Below the pieces are notes generated by a model that worked only from the letters and a program-made list of their open reading frames with translations, was not told the DNA's origin and searched no databases. DNA of 64,000 nucleotides from an uncultured Candidatus Actinomarina sp. (GTDB lineage Bacteria > Actinomycetota > Acidimicrobiia > Actinomarinales > Actinomarinaceae), in assembly GCA_902555985.1 (NCBI GenBank), contig CACDUI010000006.1:1709-65708 (forward strand), read 5' to 3'. The translations under genes were made by a program, and so were the position numbers. The first letter of the stretch is position 1. The number at the start of each line of letters is the position of its first letter. Of this stretch, positions 8,757 through 18,015 are shown in pieces.

Positions 8757-8846
8757 AACTATAAGAAATGAAGTCGCAAGACCTAATTGAAGATAGTAAG
8801 AAAATCCCGGAAGGTCGCAAGATCAATCGGGATTTTCACTTTTTAG
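8757..8846 (+). ncRNA. Candidate small RNA 2 (~90 nt), paralog of sRNA 1
   Basis: Hairpin GTC-GCAA-GAC (8773-8782) has a G-C pair where unit 1 has A-T. The 3' hairpin/terminator block is identical (8801-8836) and is followed by TTTTCACTTTTT. Confidence 0.5.
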
Positions 8847-9008
8847 AGGGTTTTTTACTCAAAAAAGCACAAAGACTCCCTGTGGCTGTAAATTTTTGTT
8901 TTATCGGCTTTAGAAGTGGCTCAAAGCACGAAAGGAAGTCCTAACTTTAATTTTAATATTCTTTTGTTTTTCTTTTAAAAATAAGAAAAAATTCATATAA
9001 TTACAAGT

Positions 9009-11381
9009 ATGAAAAGGTCAATAAACATAGGCATTATTCTATTTTTATTGTTTCAAGCTTGTTCTGGTGGAGAAAATGTTGAAAATCAGGCTTCTGTTGA
9101 GCCTATATCAGAAAATACCCCTATTAACCCACCTCCGGGAGAAAATAATCCACCTCCACCTCAAGGAGAAAATAACCCACCTCCGGGAGAAAATAATCCA
9201 CCTCCACCTCCACCTCAAGGAGAAAATAATATTGATAGAGCTCTACAAATTATTGAGGATGCAAATGATGACGTCCTAGATTGCATTAACAGAGAGCTTC
9301 CTACAGATATATTTCAAAGAATTGTTAACGATCTCAACCCAGACAATTATGAGGCAGGAATCATTATTGCTTGTTTTGAAGACCCGGGTAGTTCAAATAA
9401 TATAGCGCAACCACCTCCAGACGAAAATAATCAAGGTGAGAATCAAGGCTCAACACCACAACAAAGTAAACAACCAACAGAGGCAGAAGGCAATCAAGGA
9501 AATTCTTGGTATAGCTTAAATGTTTATGAATACACCACAAGCTACAGTCCTGCAACCTCTAACAACAATACTGGATTCGGTTTAGACGAGTCAGGCGATA
9601 TTTTACTTTCAGGATATGGGTTTAATGACTCCGGTGGATCTACAAAACTTAATCACCCAGTTTCTATATCAGCAAACCATGGCAAGCTTGCCGTCACAGA
9701 TAGGTTTAACAATAGAGTGTTAATTTGGAACTCTATACCAAGTGTAAATACTGCACCAGATTTAGTATTAGGTCAGTCTAATTTTACAACTCATAATTCA
9801 GGTACCGGTTTAAACAATTTAGATTTTCCAGGACAGGTGGTAATAACCCCGGATGGTAAAGTATTGATTGCTGATTCAGATAATAATAGAGTCCTTGTGT
9901 GGACATCTTTTCCAACTACATCAGGACAACCAGCAGACTATGCGTTACCTATTACAAGCTATGTAAATTTTGGAGATTCGTGGCCTTGGGGTGTTTGGTC
10001 AGATGGAACTAAAGTCATTGTCACTGCAACAGTTGCAAAGTCAGTATTATTTTGGAACACATTCCCTGGACCAAGCACGGCTCCTGATGTTGTTTTGACT
10101 TCTTCTCAAGTTGGTACTCCCAGATCAATTACATCTGACGGAAATTATGTAATGCTTGGTGATGAAAATGCTAACGGCCCTTGTATTGGCCAAAATGGTA
10201 CAAGATCTACACATATTTGGACTTCTTGGCCAACGTCTTCTAGAGATCCAGACGCATGTATCGACAACTGGTTAGCAAGTGCTATTTATGAATCAAAGAT
10301 TTATGGTATTGCAGCAGGAGGTGAAACTCTTTATTTTTATGATGAATTGTATACAACAACAGAAGATCTAAAAGCAAAAGTTAAATTAGCTAATCCGGGT
10401 GAAGGTCATCGCTGGGCTGGAGGAGATGATGGTGGAGCAACTGTTGCTGATGGAAAATTATTTATCGCAGAGTACAACGGTAATAGAATATCGGTATTCG
10501 ATAATCTGCCAAGTTCTCCAGCAGATAATCCTGACTGGGCATTATTAGCAGACGAACCAACAGACTATCCATTACTAGATGAATTTATTATTCAGAATCC
10601 AATTATCGATTCAAATGGCAAAATGTTATTTGTGTCTTCTGACTTTGATAGATCATTATCTATATGGAAACAATTACCTGGTAGTTCAGCTGCAAAGCCA
10701 GATATTGTTATGAGAAGGTTTGATCAAGCACCGTGGGATATGGTTGTTATTGATAACGAAGTATATTTAGCAGGTGGTAGCAGTGTATTCGGCTGGAAAG
10801 ATATTGAGAAAACTATCAGTAGTGGTAATTTCAGTTTTGACATTAACGCACAAACAATAGGTAGTGTAACGTTTCAGGGAGTTCGTGGAGTTGCATACAA
10901 TGGAACTTTCTTTGCAGTTGCAGATGCTGGTTCAGATACTATTTATGTTTGGGAGGGTGTACCAAACACATCAGACAACCCACTTTATTCTCTTTCAGGG
11001 TTAACAAACCTTGGTCGCATTGATATGAATGAAACCCATCTCGCAATAGGTTGCTACCCTGGTGGCACTGGTTTTAAAGTTTTAGAACTTTCAACTCTTG
11101 GCTCACCAGAATATAAAACTGTACCCGGTCAAGACTGCCCTTCAGAAGTAAGTTTTAACAGTAAGGGATTTTTTATCCCAAGTAATGACAAAATAATTGG
11201 TTGGAATTCTGTTGGAGATGCTTTAGCTGGCAATGCTCCAACAATGAGTTTTGGTGGGCGCACAGATAAATCAAATATGGGAACAAAAATGGCGGCTGGT
11301 ATTGGATGGGATGGATTTCACTTTTGGGTTGGGGAGTATAAATTTTCTAATAGATTACTTGGCTTTGCACCTTCAAAATGA
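9009..11381 (+). CDS. Large lipoprotein with Pro-rich GENN(P)n repeats and NHL-type beta-propeller repeats
   Basis: Lipobox LFQACSGG. NPPPGENNPPPPQGENN repeats. Recurrent DRFNNRVLIWNS / DSDNNRVLVW / EYNGNRISVFD NHL-like blades. Confidence 0.75.
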   Translation: MKRSINIGIILFLLFQACSGGENVENQASVEPISENTPINPPPGENNPPPPQGENNPPPGENNPPPPPPQGENNIDRALQIIEDANDDVLDCINRELPTDIFQRIVNDLNPDNYEAGIIIACFEDPGSSNNIAQPPPDENNQGENQGSTPQQSKQPTEAEGNQGNSWYSLNVYEYTTSYSPATSNNNTGFGLDESGDILLSGYGFNDSGGSTKLNHPVSISANHGKLAVTDRFNNRVLIWNSIPSVNTAPDLVLGQSNFTTHNSGTGLNNLDFPGQVVITPDGKVLIADSDNNRVLVWTSFPTTSGQPADYALPITSYVNFGDSWPWGVWSDGTKVIVTATVAKSVLFWNTFPGPSTAPDVVLTSSQVGTPRSITSDGNYVMLGDENANGPCIGQNGTRSTHIWTSWPTSSRDPDACIDNWLASAIYESKIYGIAAGGETLYFYDELYTTTEDLKAKVKLANPGEGHRWAGGDDGGATVADGKLFIAEYNGNRISVFDNLPSSPADNPDWALLADEPTDYPLLDEFIIQNPIIDSNGKMLFVSSDFDRSLSIWKQLPGSSAAKPDIVMRRFDQAPWDMVVIDNEVYLAGGSSVFGWKDIEKTISSGNFSFDINAQTIGSVTFQGVRGVAYNGTFFAVADAGSDTIYVWEGVPNTSDNPLYSLSGLTNLGRIDMNETHLAIGCYPGGTGFKVLELSTLGSPEYKTVPGQDCPSEVSFNSKGFFIPSNDKIIGWNSVGDALAGNAPTMSFGGRTDKSNMGTKMAAGIGWDGFHFWVGEYKFSNRLLGFAPSK
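9128..9230 (+). repeat. In-frame tandem DNA repeat (CCACCTCC(N)GGAGAAAATAA units) encoding the PPP(Q)GENN repeats
   Basis: Four near-identical units of 21-30 nt are read directly from the sequence. Confidence 0.8.
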
Positions 11382-12637
11382 TTCTGAATAATTCAAACAC
11401 AAAAACTTTTTTACTTTTGCTAACTTTTTTTATCTTTTCGTGTGGAGGTGATTCAGCTAATAATTCTAATGATTCTGCTCAAATAGATACTGCGAACGAA
11501 ATTCAAGATGAGCCATTAACTAATTCAAATAATGAATCTGAAAAAGAGAAGGATGAACAAACTAGTAAAAACATAGCTAATATAAATGAAGTCCTTAAAG
11601 ACTTTCCACAAGGCGCCCTTTCCTTTTTATCTCCAAAAGAACAAGAATGTATTGCTGAAAATTCATCTACAGAGTCGCTAAAAGATATGGAAAAAAACTT
11701 AATGCAAGAGGGTGCAATTCTTCAACAACAAATGGATTATTTTACTAACTGCAATATACCTCCTCCGCCTGGGATTGGCATAAAAGAAGCCCCCAATCCT
11801 GATGAAAGCAATAGTTCTGATTCAACAAGCAATATGGGTTCACTTGTAAAAATTGAAAATCTAACATCTTTAGAATTTTTTGGTACAAGCCCTCACCTTG
11901 AGAGAGTAAATGATTCAACAGTGAGATTATTTTATAACGATTTAGGTGGTGTTGCTGTACTGCTTTGCAGTAATGATTTAATTTGTGAAACTCAGGGAAG
12001 TATCCAATTCATTACAGATCTTACGATCGTTCAAACTAAAGCTGGCGAGAGAAGGGGATATTTTGTTGAGCTTAACCCAAACACAAGAGAGAGTGGTATT
12101 TTTACAGCTTCTTTCTCTGAGGATGGACTGACCTACTCAAACAAAACACCATTAGGAATTACCGCTCAAAAAGATGAAGTTGCTTGGGGAGTACCCGATG
12201 CGGTTGTTATGCCAAACGGTCTTGTTAGGGTTTACTGGGTATACACAGAAGATAGAACTTCGCCAGAAAAAATAGTAAGTGCAACTTCAAAAACTGAAAA
12301 AGGAATAGAGTTTACACTTGATCCTGGTTATAGAGTTGATAATGGTTATGTAGATTTTGAAGTACTGAAAGCTGAAGATGGTAATTGGCAAGCATTGATG
12401 TCTTACACCCCACACTATTTACCTTCTACCCCACAGAGTTTATTTTATGCAACTTCCAAAGACGGCTTAACCTGGGAGTTTAGCGAAGAGAGAATTACTC
12501 CAAGAGATTATAGCTACTTAGATCCAACAGGAATTCCGATTGATGATAAATCATATTTGATAGTTATGGGTGGGGCACCTAACGCTATGGGAGATAGAGA
12601 GTACCAACTATTTACTGCAGAATTAATTCTTCCCTAA
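11378..12637 (+). CDS. Lipoprotein with Asp-box (BNR) motifs, glycoside-hydrolase/sialidase-like propeller (tentative)
   Basis: Lipobox FIFSCGG. Asp-box-like SEDGLTY and SKDGLTW. ATGA overlap with the upstream gene. Confidence 0.6.
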   Translation: MILNNSNTKTFLLLLTFFIFSCGGDSANNSNDSAQIDTANEIQDEPLTNSNNESEKEKDEQTSKNIANINEVLKDFPQGALSFLSPKEQECIAENSSTESLKDMEKNLMQEGAILQQQMDYFTNCNIPPPPGIGIKEAPNPDESNSSDSTSNMGSLVKIENLTSLEFFGTSPHLERVNDSTVRLFYNDLGGVAVLLCSNDLICETQGSIQFITDLTIVQTKAGERRGYFVELNPNTRESGIFTASFSEDGLTYSNKTPLGITAQKDEVAWGVPDAVVMPNGLVRVYWVYTEDRTSPEKIVSATSKTEKGIEFTLDPGYRVDNGYVDFEVLKAEDGNWQALMSYTPHYLPSTPQSLFYATSKDGLTWEFSEERITPRDYSYLDPTGIPIDDKSYLIVMGGAPNAMGDREYQLFTAELILP

Positions 12638-12681
12638 AAATTATAAATCTAAATAATCCTTTTTTCATTTATACTTAACCC

Positions 12682-13449
12682 ATGAATATTGGTGCACACA
12701 TACCTTCAAAAAATGCAGTTGAAGAGATAAAAATGAGAAAAGGCGATACTTTTCAGATTTTTGTTTCAAGCCCGCAGATGTGGAAGAGCCCAAAACCACG
12801 AGAAGATCTAGAAGAATTACAAGATTACGGTGGTCCTATATATGTTCATGCACCTTATTTAATAAATGTTGCAACACCAAATAATAAAGTACGTCATCCA
12901 AGTAGAAAACTACTCAAAGATACTTGTAAAGTAGCAGCTAGTTTTGGAGCTAAAGGAGTCATTGTACATGGTGGGTCTGTAGGTGAAGGTGGAGATATTG
13001 GAGTAGGTTATGACAACTGGCGAAAAGCTATAGAACATGTTGAAGATACAGGCATGAGAGTTTTAGTAGAAAATACTGCTGGTGGAAAAAACTCTGTAGC
13101 AAGATATATGGATTCCATTGAAAGACTATGGGAAGTTATTGGACATTTAAATGTTGGACTTTGTTTAGATACTTGTCACACATGGGCTGGAGGTATTCCA
13201 ACTGAAAAGGCAGTCAGAGGATTTAAAAAACTGGTTAAAAATATTGACCTTGTTCATTTCAATGATTCTAAAGATGGATTTGAAAGTTCAAGAGATCGTC
13301 ATGAAAATCTAGGAAAAGGCAATATTCCAAAAGCAGAACTGGAATATGTTATTAAGAATTGTAAATCTGATATTGTTGTAGAAACACCAGGAGGACTTGA
13401 AGCACAGAAGAAAGATATTGCCTGGATCAAGCGTCGTTTAAAGAAATGA
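12682..13449 (+). CDS. nfo: Deoxyribonuclease IV (AP endonuclease family 2)
   Basis: YVHAPYLINVA, VHGGS, ENTAGG, LDTCH and HFNDSK ... DRHENLGKG motifs typical of endonuclease IV. Confidence 0.85.
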   Translation: MNIGAHIPSKNAVEEIKMRKGDTFQIFVSSPQMWKSPKPREDLEELQDYGGPIYVHAPYLINVATPNNKVRHPSRKLLKDTCKVAASFGAKGVIVHGGSVGEGGDIGVGYDNWRKAIEHVEDTGMRVLVENTAGGKNSVARYMDSIERLWEVIGHLNVGLCLDTCHTWAGGIPTEKAVRGFKKLVKNIDLVHFNDSKDGFESSRDRHENLGKGNIPKAELEYVIKNCKSDIVVETPGGLEAQKKDIAWIKRRLKK

Positions 13450-14714
13450 ATTACTTACCATCTAATCTCGAATTTAAAAATGGAGTTGCTCATATTGGAG
13501 AGACTTCATTACTCGATGTAGCAAAAGAGTATGGAACACCTCTTTATGTCTACGACTGGGAACACTTAAAAGATAACATTGATTATTTTACGAACGCCTT
13601 TGGTCAGGAGACATATTTTAGATACGCAGCAAAAGCATTTATCTGTAAAGCATTAGTAAAAGAGTTAGATGATAAAGGCTGGGGAGTAGATGTTGTCTCT
13701 GGTGGAGAAATGGCAACAGTGCAAGCAGTTACTGGAACATTAGAAAACTCACTATTTAATGGAACGTTTAAGCATAGAGATGAGATTGAGTTCTTTATGC
13801 AACACAATGGTGGCCATATCTCAGTCGATAATCGTTTTGAGATTCCAATGTTAGAAGAAGTTGCAGAAAAATTAGATAGAAAACAACCAGTCATAATGAG
13901 AATTAATTTAGATGTTGGAGCTGAGACGCACCCTATGGTGTTAACTTCAGGATACGACCAACAGTTTGGTATCTCTATTGGCTTTGCAGAAGAGGCATTA
14001 CAACAAATATACAACTCCCCTCACTTACTATTTTCTGGAGTACATGTTCATATTGGAAGTCAGATTAAAGACCCAGATCGTTATAAAAAAGCAATGAGTG
14101 AGTGTGCAGATTTTCTTAATGCTCACCCAGCAAGTGTGGAGAGAGAAATAGTCTTTGATGCAGGTGGTGGATTCTTCTCGCCCTATGCCGGCGATGAAGT
14201 AGATCATGAACTTAAAGTTTATGCAGAAGCCATTCATGAAGGGATTAAAGAACACTGGAGTGGATCATATAAAGTCATGATTGAACCAGGGAGAGCATTA
14301 GTCAATAATCCTGGAGTCATTTTATATACTGCTGGAGCTATTAAAGACGACAGAGGTGAGAAACCATATATTTTGGTAGACGGTGGTATGTCAGATAATC
14401 CAAGGCCAGCACTGTATGGAAGTGAACATAAGTTATTTAATATCTCCGGTGGAAAAGCTGGAGAAGATGTAGTGCATGCAGTCTCTGGTAGACACTGTGA
14501 AAGTGGTGATTTATTAGTCAAAGATGCAATGTTACCAAGCGATACTGTATCTGGAGATATTTTAATGTCTACTTCTACTGGAGCGTATACCTTTGCTATG
14601 GCAAGTAACTATAACCGAGTGCCTAAATCTGGAGTAGTTGCAGTTACCAATAGTGGTGTAGTTGAGTTAGTGAATAGACAGAGTTTTCAAGATACGTTTA
14701 TCAACGATCTATAA
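13446..14714 (+). CDS. lysA: Diaminopimelate decarboxylase
   Basis: GTPLYVYD, HVHIGSQI, EPGRALV, CESGD and STGAYTFAMASNYN motifs of the group IV PLP decarboxylases. Confidence 0.9.
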   Translation: MNYLPSNLEFKNGVAHIGETSLLDVAKEYGTPLYVYDWEHLKDNIDYFTNAFGQETYFRYAAKAFICKALVKELDDKGWGVDVVSGGEMATVQAVTGTLENSLFNGTFKHRDEIEFFMQHNGGHISVDNRFEIPMLEEVAEKLDRKQPVIMRINLDVGAETHPMVLTSGYDQQFGISIGFAEEALQQIYNSPHLLFSGVHVHIGSQIKDPDRYKKAMSECADFLNAHPASVEREIVFDAGGGFFSPYAGDEVDHELKVYAEAIHEGIKEHWSGSYKVMIEPGRALVNNPGVILYTAGAIKDDRGEKPYILVDGGMSDNPRPALYGSEHKLFNISGGKAGEDVVHAVSGRHCESGDLLVKDAMLPSDTVSGDILMSTSTGAYTFAMASNYNRVPKSGVVAVTNSGVVELVNRQSFQDTFINDL

Positions 14715-14791
14715 GCGATAGCTTTCCTTACAAGTAAAAAGTCTCAGTTTTAAAAAATATTAGACACGATTTATATGGCTAGAATCAAGTT

Positions 14792-15172
14792 ATGAGAAAG
14801 TATATTTTGTTAATAATTCTCCTTACTTCATGTACATCGTATAACGATGCTTATGAAGCTGAAACTTCAATAATGTACAAGAATATCTATACGGAATATG
14901 AAAATTTTTCAGATAGGCAAATGACAGATCAGCTTAAGTTAGAGTGCAATATTTTAGAAGATGAAATGCTTTTACATGTTGAAGACGGATTGACATTAAA
15001 TTACTTTCTAGAATATGAATATTATAAATACAGGTTTAAAGGCGGTACTCCTGAAGAAGTTGAATCTTTAATGTTTCCTTTGTTTTATCTTTGTGGGCTA
15101 GACGAAATAATAGAAAAACATTGGAATAGCTTGGACTTCCAAGAAGAGAAATATAAAAAACTTAGTGGCTAG
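14792..15172 (+). CDS. Hypothetical lipoprotein
   Basis: MRKYILLIILLTSC lipoprotein signal. TAGAAT lies 6 nt upstream of the ATG. Confidence 0.55.
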   Translation: MRKYILLIILLTSCTSYNDAYEAETSIMYKNIYTEYENFSDRQMTDQLKLECNILEDEMLLHVEDGLTLNYFLEYEYYKYRFKGGTPEEVESLMFPLFYLCGLDEIIEKHWNSLDFQEEKYKKLSG

Positions 15173-15300
15173 ATCTTTAATTTAATTAAAACTTTTTATA
15201 GTGAAATAACACTGGTCAAGATTAAAAATCCAATAAGTAGACAAGTTACCTAAACTAATCTCATAGCTTAGAAATTCTGGACAGGGTTTTTAAGCTTGTA

Positions 15301-15333
15301 AAAGAGGGGTAGTCAAGTCACCCCTCTTTTTTT
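15301..15333. terminator. Intrinsic terminator hairpin, potentially bidirectional
   Basis: AAAGAGGGGT-(9 nt loop)-ACCCCTCTTT followed by TTTT. An A-run on the 5' side gives a U-tail on the opposite strand. Confidence 0.6.
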
Positions 15334-15459
15334 ATGTAATCCTGTATGTTTTCTTGAAAAATGAAAGCACCTAAAAAAGCAATGAAATTATAAGATATGC
15401 CGATTTGCTGACTAAAAAGAGGCTTTGACACTGCCAAAACTATCAAAAGTAATGCTTAA

Positions 15460-15849
15460 CTAGTTAAAAAATGATCCTTCTGGGTATTTTTTTAGGATAT
15501 ATCTAGTAAATAAAAACAGCCATACCTCACCAATTAGTAAAGCAATTGAAACTGGGTGAATTCCTTCCTGCACAAAACTCAAGACTCTAGCAATCATTAC
15601 AAATCCTAAAGTCACAAAAAGAATCCTTATCCAGAAATTATCTCTCGTTCTAAGCCACAGAAGTGGGGAAATACCCACTAGAATCCAAAGACCACCAAGA
15701 TCTGCTTTTATTTGATTTAACGTATAATTTTCAGAAATAGAGACTCCAAGAAAGTCAAAAAACTGATTATTAAATACAAGCAATGCGACTGCAACAGTAA
15801 ATCCAAATATTGAAATACCAATTAAATTAAGTCGTATAAATAGTTTCAT
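15460..15849 (-). CDS. Small 4-TM membrane protein (DUF4345-like, tentative)
   Basis: 129 aa with four hydrophobic segments. Confidence 0.55.
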   Translation of the reverse strand: MKLFIRLNLIGISIFGFTVAVALLVFNNQFFDFLGVSISENYTLNQIKADLGGLWILVGISPLLWLRTRDNFWIRILFVTLGFVMIARVLSFVQEGIHPVSIALLIGEVWLFLFTRYILKKYPEGSFFN

Positions 15850-15979
15850 ATTTTACTTCTTAACAATTAAATATACTAAAAATGAATAGAAGCTGTCTTT
15901 TTAATTATTAAAGGTTTGTTAACGAAAATTTAATAATGAAATTACTCATAAATTTCAAAATATTGTAATTTATAACATA

Positions 15980-16165
15980 ATGTTTAAAAAATTAATTGAA
16001 TTAGAGAAAAAGATATTTTCAGCGCCATATAAGTGGCTTGTAAAAAAAGGAATAGTTACAGTATTGGTAACAAGTAAGAGAATATATAGAACTGTCGAAG
16101 ATTTATATGAAAGCAGATACGACGAGCCTTACGGGGGTAACCCTAATTTTCCTGGTGACGATTAA
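15980..16165 (+). CDS. Hypothetical small protein (61 aa)
   Basis: ORF only, no motif. Its stop shares TTAA with the convergent trhO stop. Confidence 0.3.
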   Translation: MFKKLIELEKKIFSAPYKWLVKKGIVTVLVTSKRIYRTVEDLYESRYDEPYGGNPNFPGDD

Positions 16166-16998
16166 AAACTGCTGTCTATACAGTAAGGGCAGTGTTCATT
16201 AATTTTAAAATCTGGTGAAGCTTTTTCTTCTGCAGACAAAGGTTCTCTACATATATAACAGTAAATATACTCAGTCTCGTTAAGTTCTTTATCTAAAGCA
16301 ACACGTTCATCAAAGACAAAACAATCACCTTCCCAGTAAGCACCACCAGTTTCTTTGAAATATTCGATAACACCACCATCTAACTGTTTTACATCTGCAA
16401 AACCAGCTTTCATCATGACTGCAGACGCTTTCTCACAACGAATTCCACCTGTACAGTACATTACAATTTGTTTATCTTTGTATTCCTCTGGTAGTGACTT
16501 AACTGCTTCTGGAAAATCTCTAAATGTATCTAAATTTAGATCAATTGCATTTTCAAATTTACCAACTCTGGTTTCATATTCATTTCTGGTATCTAGTACA
16601 AGAACTTCCTCTTTTCTGTCTAGTAATTTCTTTAATGCTTGTGGAGATATTTTTTCACCGGTCATCTCTCTTGGGTTGATGTCTTTTCTACCTAAAGAGA
16701 TTATTTCTTTTTTTAATCTGACTTTCATTCTCCTAAATGGCTGTGTTTCGCTGTATGTTACTTTTAGTTGAATATCTAAGAACCGACTATCTTCTTCTAT
16801 AAAATCAATAAAAGAATCAGTTGCTTGCTTAGTTCCTGCAACAGAGAAATTAATTCCATTTTTACTGATTAACATAGTTCCTTTTAACAACAGTTCATCA
16901 CACTTTTGTTGATATATAGGAATTAAATCTATTGCATCATTTAGCGGCTCAAATTTGTAACCAGCAATATTTACTACAGAGTTTTTATTCACAGCCAT
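16162..16998 (-). CDS. trhO: Rhodanese-domain protein, UPF0176/TrhO family (tRNA U34 hydroxylase)
   Basis: Rhodanese active-site loop YCTGGIRCEK and an N-terminal UPF0176-like region. Confidence 0.75.
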   Translation of the reverse strand: MAVNKNSVVNIAGYKFEPLNDAIDLIPIYQQKCDELLLKGTMLISKNGINFSVAGTKQATDSFIDFIEEDSRFLDIQLKVTYSETQPFRRMKVRLKKEIISLGRKDINPREMTGEKISPQALKKLLDRKEEVLVLDTRNEYETRVGKFENAIDLNLDTFRDFPEAVKSLPEEYKDKQIVMYCTGGIRCEKASAVMMKAGFADVKQLDGGVIEYFKETGGAYWEGDCFVFDERVALDKELNETEYIYCYICREPLSAEEKASPDFKINEHCPYCIDSSF

Positions 16999-17015
16999 AT
17001 TGTATATCTCTTGAA

Positions 17016-18005
17016 TTAGTTAATCAGACCTCTTTTTTGGAAAAAGGAAACCATATCGTGAATAGTCTCTTCTAAAGGTCTAGGATTATGACCAAGTTCT
17101 TCGCGTGCAAGAGTGCTAGGCACTACTTTATTACCAGTTTTACCAGTATGTAAAGTATCTACCGTAAGAACTCTCGGTTTTCCTGTAGCTAGAGATTTTA
17201 TATATTCGTATGGCAAACCAAGGTAGGATACAAAATTTGGAATTGTTCCTAACAAGACAGTTCTTCCAAGTTGGTTTTTCATTAACTCAGCAATATAGGA
17301 ATACATATGATACTCACCACCAACTATATAATTTTGTCCAGTCCTTCCCTTGTTTGCGGCTGAGATAGCTGTAACAGACAAATCTCTCACATCAACAAAA
17401 TTGTAACCCCAGTTAGGCAGCAACTTTCTTTTACCATTTGCAAGATTCACCATTTCTTGCATAGGAAGACCCGGTTTAAAATCATTTGGGCCAACAATTG
17501 ATGTTGGATGAATAATGCTTGCATCTAAGCCTTTCTCGCAAAACTCCATTACAATTTTCTGTCCATCTGCTTTAGATAAATCATATGGAACAGCATTTGG
17601 ATCATCAATAAGTTTTCTATCTTCAAGTAGAGTCTCTTCTATTGGAAACCTGTAAAAAGCATCGACTGAAGAAAAGTGAACTAGTTTACTGACACCAGCT
17701 TTCAAAGCTTTTTCACATACATTTCTAGTTCCCTCAACATTGACTTGTCGAATTTGTTTTTTGTATCTTCTATCAAGATTTATTAGTGCTGCTGTATGAA
17801 ATACAATATCAACATCTTTAAAAATTGGATCTAAAGAACTTTTATCTGTGATATCTCCTTTAATAATCTCGACATCATAACCCTCATAAGCTCTATGGTC
17901 ACCATCAAAGTCAATACATCTAATTTTGTAGTCAAGCTTGGAGAGTTCTCTTATTAGGTTTGAGCCCACATGGCCAGAGCTTCCAGTAATTAATACTGTC
18001 GTCAT
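17016..18005 (-). CDS. NAD-dependent epimerase/dehydratase (extended SDR) family protein
   Basis: N-terminal ITGSSGHVGSNL Rossmann motif and YDLSK catalytic motif. Confidence 0.8.
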   Translation of the reverse strand: MTTVLITGSSGHVGSNLIRELSKLDYKIRCIDFDGDHRAYEGYDVEIIKGDITDKSSLDPIFKDVDIVFHTAALINLDRRYKKQIRQVNVEGTRNVCEKALKAGVSKLVHFSSVDAFYRFPIEETLLEDRKLIDDPNAVPYDLSKADGQKIVMEFCEKGLDASIIHPTSIVGPNDFKPGLPMQEMVNLANGKRKLLPNWGYNFVDVRDLSVTAISAANKGRTGQNYIVGGEYHMYSYIAELMKNQLGRTVLLGTIPNFVSYLGLPYEYIKSLATGKPRVLTVDTLHTGKTGNKVVPSTLAREELGHNPRPLEETIHDMVSFFQKRGLIN

Positions 18006-18015
18006 TTACATTCCT

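Larger units (their letters stand above)
8496..8846 (+). repeat. Tandem duplication, 2 x ~200 bp, of a promoter / hairpin / terminator module
   Basis: Corresponding landmarks are offset by 198-200 nt: TCGCGAAAAA 8497/8697, TTGC(A/T)T 8523/8723, TAT(A/T)TT 8546/8746, GAAGATAG 8591/8789. A 36-nt block is identical in both units (8604-8639 and 8801-8836). Confidence 0.8.

Noticed and set aside
8496-8846. Possibility that the repeated 36-nt block marks a CRISPR array or a mobile-element end.
   Set aside because: There are only two copies, with a ~200-nt period, and the spacers are themselves homologous because the whole unit is duplicated. No cas, transposase or integrase genes and no target-site duplications are visible.
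8768-8944. A 58-codon ORF (MKSQDLIEDSKKIPEGRKINRDFHF...) starting inside sRNA unit 2.
   Set aside because: It reads straight through the terminator hairpin. The equivalent frame in the duplicated unit 1 has no ATG and stops early, so the conserved feature is the RNA structure, not a peptide.
9067-9279. A 70-aa ORF with an HLREKIIHLHLKEKI repeat.
   Set aside because: It is an alternative-frame reading of the PPPGENN tandem DNA repeat inside the NHL lipoprotein gene.
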